Assembly (NCBI GenBank): GCA_963693095.2 | Contig: OY843768.1 | Coordinates: 1,088,001-1,152,000 of the forward strand | Direction of reading: 5' to 3' | Source: Cenarchaeum sp. | GTDB taxonomy: Archaea > Thermoproteota > Nitrososphaeria > Nitrososphaerales > Nitrosopumilaceae | DNA length: 64,000 nt | In this document: piece by piece, positions 57,807 through 64,000 of the stretch | Numbering within the stretch: position 1 is the stretch's first letter | Layout of the letters: each line of letters opens with the position of its first letter | Position numbers and translations under genes: made by a program | The notes under the pieces: generated by a model | What the model was told of the DNA's origin: nothing | Database searches by the model: none | What the model saw: the letters and a program-made list of their open reading frames with translations, nothing else

Positions 57807-58628
57807 GTGGCTGTGATCGAGGTTCTCTCGCACGCGTTTGTCCAAAAGGCCATCCTGGCCGGCGCGTGCATCGGGGTGGCATGCGCGTTTCTTGGCGTGT
57901 TTCTTGTAATGCGCCGCAATGCGCTCTTTGGCGATGCCGTCTCGCACGTGGCCTTTGGCGGTGTCGCCGTCGGCCTCCTGTCCGGCGTCTATCCCGTCTG
58001 GACCGCACTGTGCGCGGCGATCCTCGGGGGCGTCTGCATGCAGCGCCTGCGCGGCGTGCCCGGCATCAGCGGGGATGCCGCAGTGGCCATACTCCTGGTC
58101 GGTGGCCTCGGAGTCGGCGTCCTGGCAGCTAGCGCAACTGGCGGGTTTGGCGTCGACCTCTATGCGTTCCTCTTTGGCAGCATACTCTTAGTCGGGACTG
58201 CCGATGTCGTGACGATCTGCGCCGTGAGCGCCGGCGTGGTCGCCGTGCTCTATGCGCTGAGGCGGCAGCTCCTCCACGTCACGTTCAGCGAGGAGCAGGC
58301 AAGCGTCGCCGGCGTGCGCGTCGAGCTCCTCGGGTACGCCTTTGTCATACTCACTAGCGTGACTGTCGTCATGTCGATGAGGCTCGTTGGCATACTCCTC
58401 GTCTCTGCCCTCGTGGTCCTTCCGCCCATAACTGCGATCGCGCTAGGTGGCGGGTTTGGGCGCACGGTGGCCACTGCGATCGCAGTCGCAGTCGGCTCCG
58501 TTGTCACCGGCATCGCCGTCTCGGCGGCATACGACCTTGCGCCCTCTGGGGCCATAGTCATGGTCGGAATTGGCGCGCTCCTCGCGGCCCTGGGGGTCGC
58601 TGCCCTAAGGCGGCGCGCGGCCCACTAG
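57807..58628 (+). CDS. znuB: Metal ABC transporter permease
   Basis: GDAVSH, LFGSIL, VGILLVSAL; multiple TM helices. Confidence 0.92.
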   Translation: MAVIEVLSHAFVQKAILAGACIGVACAFLGVFLVMRRNALFGDAVSHVAFGGVAVGLLSGVYPVWTALCAAILGGVCMQRLRGVPGISGDAAVAILLVGGLGVGVLAASATGGFGVDLYAFLFGSILLVGTADVVTICAVSAGVVAVLYALRRQLLHVTFSEEQASVAGVRVELLGYAFVILTSVTVVMSMRLVGILLVSALVVLPPITAIALGGGFGRTVATAIAVAVGSVVTGIAVSAAYDLAPSGAIVMVGIGALLAALGVAALRRRAAH

Positions 58629-58767
58629 GCGCAACCGCACGCGCAGCTCACGCCTGCCGAGTCAAACGAGCAGTCATGGCCCGAGCCGGCAACGGGGCGC
58701 GTCACCGGAATCCTGCGCATGCACTCCCCATGCCTGCCCCGCCGGCAGAACCAGCAGACCGTGCGGC

Positions 58768-59685
58768 CTATACCGGCGTCAGCCATTCGGCAAACCTCTC
58801 GTCCTTGCCCGTGGCCGCATCCATGTACGAGCGGCGCAGCGCGCGCGTCACCTTGCCGGCCTTGCCGTCGCCTATGCGCGTGCGGTCGACAGACGCCACG
58901 GGCTTTACCTCGGCGGCCGTGCCAGTCATGAAGACCTCGTCGGCGACATAGAGATCCTCGCGCTTTATGGCCGACTCGGCGACATACCCGCCATCACCCT
59001 CGACTATCTGCACAATGCTGTCCCTGGTTATCCCCTCGAGTATTCCCGAGGAGAGCGGCGGCGTCGATATCTCGCCGTCCTTTATGACAAAAATGTTCTC
59101 GGCCCCTCCCTCGGCGACGTTGCCGTCTGAGCCCAGCATTATCGCCTCGTCGTACCCGTCATCGAGAGCCTCGACTCGCGCGAGTGCGGCATTTGCATAG
59201 TTTGATGCGGCCTTTGCCTTCATCGGCTGGGAGCGCGAGTCGATGCGCGTCCAGCTCGACACCTTGCACCTCACGCCAGACGTCCCGCGGCCGGCGTGCG
59301 ACTCGCCGGACTTCCATGACCAGCACGCGATGGCAAGGTCGACAGGATTCTTTGATGGCGTCAGTCCCATCCAGCCGTACCCGCGGTATGCGAGTGGGCG
59401 CACATAGCACTCGCGCAGGCCGCTGGCGCGAACCGTCTTTATGATCGCTTTTGATATCTCGTCCCTTGTGTATGGCACGTCCATCGAGTACATCTTTGCA
59501 GACCTGAGGAGGCGCTCGACGTGCTCATCGAGGCGAAAGATCGCCGAGCCGCGCGGCGTCTCATAGCAGCGCAGGCCCTCAAAGACTGCCGAGGCGTAGT
59601 GTAGCGCGTGCGTGAGCACGTGAACCTTTGCGCTTCCAAAGGGCACGAGGCGCCCGTTCATCCATATCTTGCCAGTCTCCTTCAA
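58768..59685 (-). CDS. ilvE: Branched-chain amino acid aminotransferase
   Basis: HALHY, FEG, KA-x-x-NY, EG-x-x-ENIF, LEGITR, GTAAEV. Confidence 0.95.
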   Translation of the reverse strand: MKETGKIWMNGRLVPFGSAKVHVLTHALHYASAVFEGLRCYETPRGSAIFRLDEHVERLLRSAKMYSMDVPYTRDEISKAIIKTVRASGLRECYVRPLAYRGYGWMGLTPSKNPVDLAIACWSWKSGESHAGRGTSGVRCKVSSWTRIDSRSQPMKAKAASNYANAALARVEALDDGYDEAIMLGSDGNVAEGGAENIFVIKDGEISTPPLSSGILEGITRDSIVQIVEGDGGYVAESAIKREDLYVADEVFMTGTAAEVKPVASVDRTRIGDGKAGKVTRALRRSYMDAATGKDERFAEWLTPV

Positions 59686-59778
59686 GGCGCCATGGCGCGC
59701 CCTGCATGATAAATAAAATGATCGGTCTGGTGCGACAGGCGCACGCTAAAATAGCGCAGGCATTGCGCGCATGAGTCA

Positions 59779-59982
59779 ATGGAGTGGACACTCGGGGGCG
59801 CGGCCATTGCGCTCCTAGTCGTGGGCCTAGTCGGGCAGGGCTTTGAGATGCGCCGCATAAACGCCGAGGGCGTGGACGAGGAAGAGGGCCGGCCAAGCGC
59901 GTTTGCCGACAGGCGCAACTTCAAGTGGTACGCCATAATCGGCGCCGGAATCGCCATCTGGTTTGCCGCCGAGAGGCTCTAG
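59779..59982 (+). CDS. Small membrane protein
   Basis: Two TM helices flanking GQGFEMR...F-x-D-x-RNFKWY; TAAAATA box upstream. Confidence 0.7.
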   Translation: MEWTLGGAAIALLVVGLVGQGFEMRRINAEGVDEEEGRPSAFADRRNFKWYAIIGAGIAIWFAAERL

Positions 59983-61385
59983 GCCATCTCGGAGCGGCGC
60001 GCGTGTATGGCGCGTATCGCGCGCGCTATGGAGTCATCTGCGTCATCAACTAGGACGATTATGCGCGAGGTCTCCTCCTGGGCGTCCATGTTGAGTATGT
60101 TGAGGCCCGCCTCGCCGATGCACGCGCTCACGCGCGCCACGACGTGCTGTGCGCGCGACATCTCGTCGCCTATGAGCGTGATCACGCCACGCCCGTGCGT
60201 CACGCTGCAAAACGGGTCAAACTTTCGGAGGTAGCGAACGTTACGGCGGACATACTCGCCGTCAAGGAACAGTATGCGCGCGTACGTGATGCCAGACTTT
60301 GTGAACGGCGAGAGGATGACATACTCCTCATAGCGCCGCTCATCGCGCAGCGAGTCGATGAGCGCGCCGGCAGCAGACGACTCTAGGCCAACGATGGCGC
60401 AATCGCTCTTGCCGGTAACTATCTTTAGCGGGTTGCCGCCGTCACTAGCCGGCTCGCGGGCAATGCGCGTGACCTTTGAGGGATTGCGCATGCTAGTGAT
60501 GGTCACGGGAAATCCCGCGCCGCACTCGTGCATCTCTTTTATCGCAATTGGATCAAGTATCGTCATGCCAAACATTCCGGCAATGCGCGCCTCATTGTAG
60601 GAGAGCTCGCGTATCTCATCCACAGTGTCGACTATGCGCGGGTCAGCCGATGCAACATTGCTGTCCTTTTCAAGGTCAATGACAACATCATAGTCGCCAG
60701 AAAAGAGTAGGCCAATGTCGACAGCAGTCCTGTCAGAGCCCCCGCGCTCGTACGTCGTGACCGTGCCGCCCTCACTCTTGCCGACAAACCCGCCGATAGT
60801 CACGACGCTGTTGGACTCTACAAGGCCCGCAATGTGCGAGCGTGCCTCCATTGACTTTTCGCGCAAAAAGTTCGTCGACTCGATATTCTCGTCAGTCACT
60901 ATGGGCCATGACCCAAAGTCCACAGCAGCAGCACTAATTCCGGCATCGCGCATGGCAGCAGCGGCAATCAGTGACATTGGAAGCTCACCCGAGTGCGCAA
61001 GTGCGCGCGAGCGAACCTCGTCGGCAAACGAGCGCGAGGCCGCAGCCTCTGCAAGGGCAGCCTCAAAGTGCGCAAGGTGCGCCTCGACTTGGGGACCACA
61101 CGCCTTGCGCGAGTCGGCACTGAGCCTCTCCATGATCGCCCCGTACGCGCGCCGGACGGGGGAGGCATCAGGCGCCGTGCCAAGCTCGGCGGACTTGCCG
61201 CACGAGATGACGACGTCGGTGAGCGACGTGGACTTGCCGCCGTGCTCAGTCGGCGGCGCAGAAAAGACGGCGACGACCCTAGAGGTGGCGGCCATCTCCG
61301 AGACGCGCCGCGATATGTCATGGATCGCCGAGGCGTCCACGCCTATCACGCTGCCGCCAAACTTTGCAACCGTCATGCGCTCCAC
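59979..61385 (-). CDS. lysC: Aspartate kinase
   Basis: VAKFGGS, GE, GF-x-G, RGGSD, ADPRIV, C-terminal ACT domains. Confidence 0.9.
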   Translation of the reverse strand: MERMTVAKFGGSVIGVDASAIHDISRRVSEMAATSRVVAVFSAPPTEHGGKSTSLTDVVISCGKSAELGTAPDASPVRRAYGAIMERLSADSRKACGPQVEAHLAHFEAALAEAAASRSFADEVRSRALAHSGELPMSLIAAAAMRDAGISAAAVDFGSWPIVTDENIESTNFLREKSMEARSHIAGLVESNSVVTIGGFVGKSEGGTVTTYERGGSDRTAVDIGLLFSGDYDVVIDLEKDSNVASADPRIVDTVDEIRELSYNEARIAGMFGMTILDPIAIKEMHECGAGFPVTITSMRNPSKVTRIAREPASDGGNPLKIVTGKSDCAIVGLESSAAGALIDSLRDERRYEEYVILSPFTKSGITYARILFLDGEYVRRNVRYLRKFDPFCSVTHGRGVITLIGDEMSRAQHVVARVSACIGEAGLNILNMDAQEETSRIIVLVDDADDSIARAIRAIHARRSEMA

Positions 61386-61451
61386 ACGTGCCCACCTGCG
61401 CGCCCACGGGGCACCCTAAGTTTAAATGGATTTTGGCCCGCGCGCGCCGAC

Positions 61452-61526
61452 GGGCCCATGGTCTAGATCGGTCATGATATCGCCCTTACACGGCGAGGAT
61501 CCGGGGTTCAAGTCCCCGTGGGCCCA
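61452..61526 (+). tRNA. tRNA-Val(TAC)
   Basis: GGGCCCA...TCGCC-CT-TAC-AC-GGCGA...GTTCAAGTC...TGGGCCC-A. Confidence 0.95.
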
Positions 61527-61587
61527 CCTCCCCCATCACGCGGGCAGGCGTGCGCGCAGGCATCCCCTGCGCGCCTGTGAATTGGGG

Positions 61588-61661
61588 TGCAGTTGCCGGG
61601 ATTTGAACCCGGGTCACGAACTTGGCAAGCTCGCATAATAACCAACCTATACTACAACTGC
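61588..61661 (-). tRNA. tRNA-Gly(GCC)
   Basis: GCAGTTG...CGAGC-TT-GCC-AA-GTTCG...GTTCAAATC...CAACTGC-A. Confidence 0.95.
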
Positions 61662-61715
61662 GCCAACGCGCACGGCTCGGCGGCCAACTCTATTAAACCA
61701 TACTGCCGCGCGACC

Positions 61716-63047
61716 CTAGTCGTCCGTGCCTAGCCTCGAGAGCCTGTCGCCGGCCTTGAAGAGAAACGGCGACATGAACGCAGTCACGACGGCGACGACT
61801 CCGACGAGCGGAAAGACAAAGGCGCTCACTGCGCCAATGTCGACGCCGGACTTTGCGATGACGATCGAGAACTCTCCGCGCGGCGGCCCGAGGGCAAAGG
61901 CGGCCCGAAACGACCTCTTGCGGCCCTGGCGTCCCAGGATGCAGCCGGCAAAGTTTGCCCCCAGCTTTACTGTGACAGAGACGGCGATGAGGGCGATGGC
62001 GACTAGAATGTACCCCTGTATCTGCGAGACGTCCATGAGCGCGCCGACAGAGACAAAAAAGACGGCGACGAACATGTCCTTTATAGGACTAGAGATGAGC
62101 TTGGAGACCTCGGACGAGCGCGACTCGGCGACGAGAACGCCGGCGAGGAACGCTCCAATGGCAACAGAGAGGCCAACGATATTGGCTAGGAGCGCATAGC
62201 CAAAGCAGACGCCAAGAACGCTCAAGAGGAGTATCTCGCGGTGCTCGGTGGCTGCCATCCTGTCGATGAGCGGCGGGATGACGCGCGTGCCGACAGTAAA
62301 CGTGCCGACGATTAGGCCGACGGCGACTATAATGACGACGGCGATGCTCTCGACTGATATGGTGCCTGCAAGGACGACTGACTGGAGCGACGTGATAAGT
62401 ATGACTGCGACGATATCCTCGACGATGAGCACGCCGAGGACGAGGATCGACGAGTCCTTGCGTATGCGCCCGGAATCCTCGAGGAGCTTTACTATTATCG
62501 CCGTGCTGCTGATCGACAGGGCCGCAGCTATAAAGAGCGCATCAGTTGTCCCCATGCCAAAGGCAGTCGCGACTGCAAGTGTCGCGCCCATTGTGGAAAA
62601 GACGCCGAGCGTGCCTATTCCCATGGCCACCTTTCCTATCGAGCGTATGCGCGCATAGGGAAACTCGATCCCGATGACAAAGAGGAGCATGATTATGCCG
62701 ATATCGGCAAAGAGGTTGAGGGCCGATGCGTCAGAGAGGAGGCCCAGCGCGCCATCTGGCGCAGGCGAGCCGACTGGCAAGAGTCCTGACCAGAGCGGGG
62801 AGAGCGGGCCGATGAGCATTCCGGCAAAGAGGTATCCGAGGATGAGCGGCTGGCGTATCTTGAAGAACGCAAGCGTCACTATGGCGCCGATTATCATGAT
62901 GACTGCGAGATCCGTGATGAATGACGCGTGCGGGAGCTCGGGCGTTATCTGCTCAATGATCGCCGAAAAGCTGCGAGTTATCGTTCCCTGGATGCCCGCG
63001 TCCGGCGAGGCGGACTGGAGAGTGTACGAGGTGATCATGTGCCCCAC
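61716..63047 (-). CDS. Cation:proton antiporter (CPA2/KefB-like)
   Basis: P-x-ILGYL-x-AG, LLF-x-IG-x-E, SST, LIVED, GAFLAG, FF-x-x-x-G, RGEFS. Confidence 0.9.
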   Translation of the reverse strand: MGHMITSYTLQSASPDAGIQGTITRSFSAIIEQITPELPHASFITDLAVIMIIGAIVTLAFFKIRQPLILGYLFAGMLIGPLSPLWSGLLPVGSPAPDGALGLLSDASALNLFADIGIIMLLFVIGIEFPYARIRSIGKVAMGIGTLGVFSTMGATLAVATAFGMGTTDALFIAAALSISSTAIIVKLLEDSGRIRKDSSILVLGVLIVEDIVAVILITSLQSVVLAGTISVESIAVVIIVAVGLIVGTFTVGTRVIPPLIDRMAATEHREILLLSVLGVCFGYALLANIVGLSVAIGAFLAGVLVAESRSSEVSKLISSPIKDMFVAVFFVSVGALMDVSQIQGYILVAIALIAVSVTVKLGANFAGCILGRQGRKRSFRAAFALGPPRGEFSIVIAKSGVDIGAVSAFVFPLVGVVAVVTAFMSPFLFKAGDRLSRLGTDD

Positions 63048-63083
63048 GGCATGACACGGTATTGTGGCCTAGTTTGCGCTCGC

Positions 63084-63389
63084 CTATTCGACGACTTCGA
63101 GGTGGCCAAACTTGCCCTTTGTGAGCGACTTTTTGCCCTTGAACTCGTTGATGTAGCCGTTGTTGATCCTAACCTTGCAGCCCTCGGTGACCTTTGAGAT
63201 GTCCTCGCCCCAGAGCGTGAGGTCTATCTCGCCGCCCGAGTCATCAGCGAGCGTCATGTCGCAGACGTCTGCCGTGCCGCCCCTCTTTAGGTTGACCGTG
63301 CGCACCTCGCCCTTTTTCTTGAGCGAGCCCTCAAAGTTGACTCCGCTAGTCATGCCCTTGGCAATCTCTGCGGTGACAAATTCAGCCAT
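63084..63389 (-). CDS. ssb: Single-stranded DNA-binding OB-fold protein (archaeal SSB)
   Basis: DDSG-x-x-I-x-LTLW, I-x-NGY-x-x-x-FKG-x-x-x-L-x-x-GKFG. Confidence 0.88.
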   Translation of the reverse strand: MAEFVTAEIAKGMTSGVNFEGSLKKKGEVRTVNLKRGGTADVCDMTLADDSGGEIDLTLWGEDISKVTEGCKVRINNGYINEFKGKKSLTKGKFGHLEVVE

Positions 63390-63456
63390 CGGCAGCACCC
63401 CCAATATGTGGCATTATAAAGCTGTCGCATGACCCGCACGGCGCAGGCGCGCAGGC

Positions 63457-63999
63457 CTAGGGGGTCGGAGGCATATACTCTACTATAGGCGTCGCAGCCG
63501 TGTCCGCGACCGTTTCATGATATAGCGTGACTGACGTGGCGCCCGAGAGGAGGAGCGCATGGGCCGCAGGCACTCCAGGGGCCGGCGAGACGCCAGAGGC
63601 GGCCTCGCCGCCGATGCGCCAGTCAGATGCCATGAGGAGGCCGCTGACTGGCTCTAGGAACGTCACGGCCGTCATGCCCCTGCCGGCAGTCTGCGCGACA
63701 AACGTCGGGAGGACCGTGTCGACGACTATGCGCGTCTGGCCGGCGTCGATGTCAGCCGGACCCACGCCGATGGCGTTGCCTGAGGCATCCCAGGCCTGTA
63801 TGGCAAATGCGAGCTCGCCCTGCGCGGCCCCCGTTGCCGGAACGACTAGCGCGTATGTCCAGGACGTCGACTGGTCAGACGGCGAGGCGGTCATGCCGGC
63901 AGTGGCTCCGAGAATCTCGATCGTCGGCGTGTTCGAGCCGGCCGGCTCATCAAGCGTGAGTGATGCAGTTATCATGTCATCGGCATTTGCGTATCTCGG
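63457..63999 (-). CDS. C-terminal part of a large Ig-like-repeat surface protein (5'-partial; paralog of 1862-6829)
   Basis: Frame stays open to the window edge (PRYANADDMI...); GAAQG, DT-x-x-P-x-F, F-x-EPVSG-x-x-x-ASDW-x-x-GGE-x-A shared with the C-terminus of 1862-6829. Confidence 0.85.
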   Translation of the reverse strand, partial: PRYANADDMITASLTLDEPAGSNTPTIEILGATAGMTASPSDQSTSWTYALVVPATGAAQGELAFAIQAWDASGNAIGVGPADIDAGQTRIVVDTVLPTFVAQTAGRGMTAVTFLEPVSGLLMASDWRIGGEAASGVSPAPGVPAAHALLLSGATSVTLYHETVADTAATPIVEYMPPTP

Positions 64000-64000
64000 C

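Overview
High-GC chromosomal segment of an ammonia-oxidising archaeon (Nitrososphaerota/Thaumarchaeota, Nitrosopumilaceae-like). High GC, giant surface proteins and long spacers resemble Cenarchaeum-like sponge symbionts; this is an inference. The core backbone holds eIF5A, Dph6, SRP54, Alba, Pth2, TruD, a polyprenyl synthase, the 11-subunit complex I (nuoABCDHIJKMLN, no nuoEFG), the acetyl/propionyl-CoA carboxylase genes of the 3HP/4HB cycle, RFC-L, a NikR-like regulator with a Zn/Mn ABC transporter, ilvE, aspartate kinase, SSB and seven tRNAs. tRNA-Glu carries a 20-nt BHB intron in its T-loop. Five accessory features stand out. (1) An 11-kb, closely packed three-gene operon encodes large secreted HYR/beta-propeller/Ig-like/metalloprotease proteins with tandem-repeat linkers. 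(2) An AAA+/DUF4143-type ATPase sits next to an AT-rich tract and a spacerless array of about 6.6 copies of a 34-bp unit, an iteron/origin-like layout. (3) An AT-rich cassette pairs an AbrB-like regulator, an MT-A70 methyltransferase and a PvuII-like endonuclease. (4) A small membrane protein is fused in frame to Pth2. (5) Small orphan-gene patches lie near tRNA-Lys and at about 50-51 kb. All assignments come from motif recognition by eye; no searches were run.
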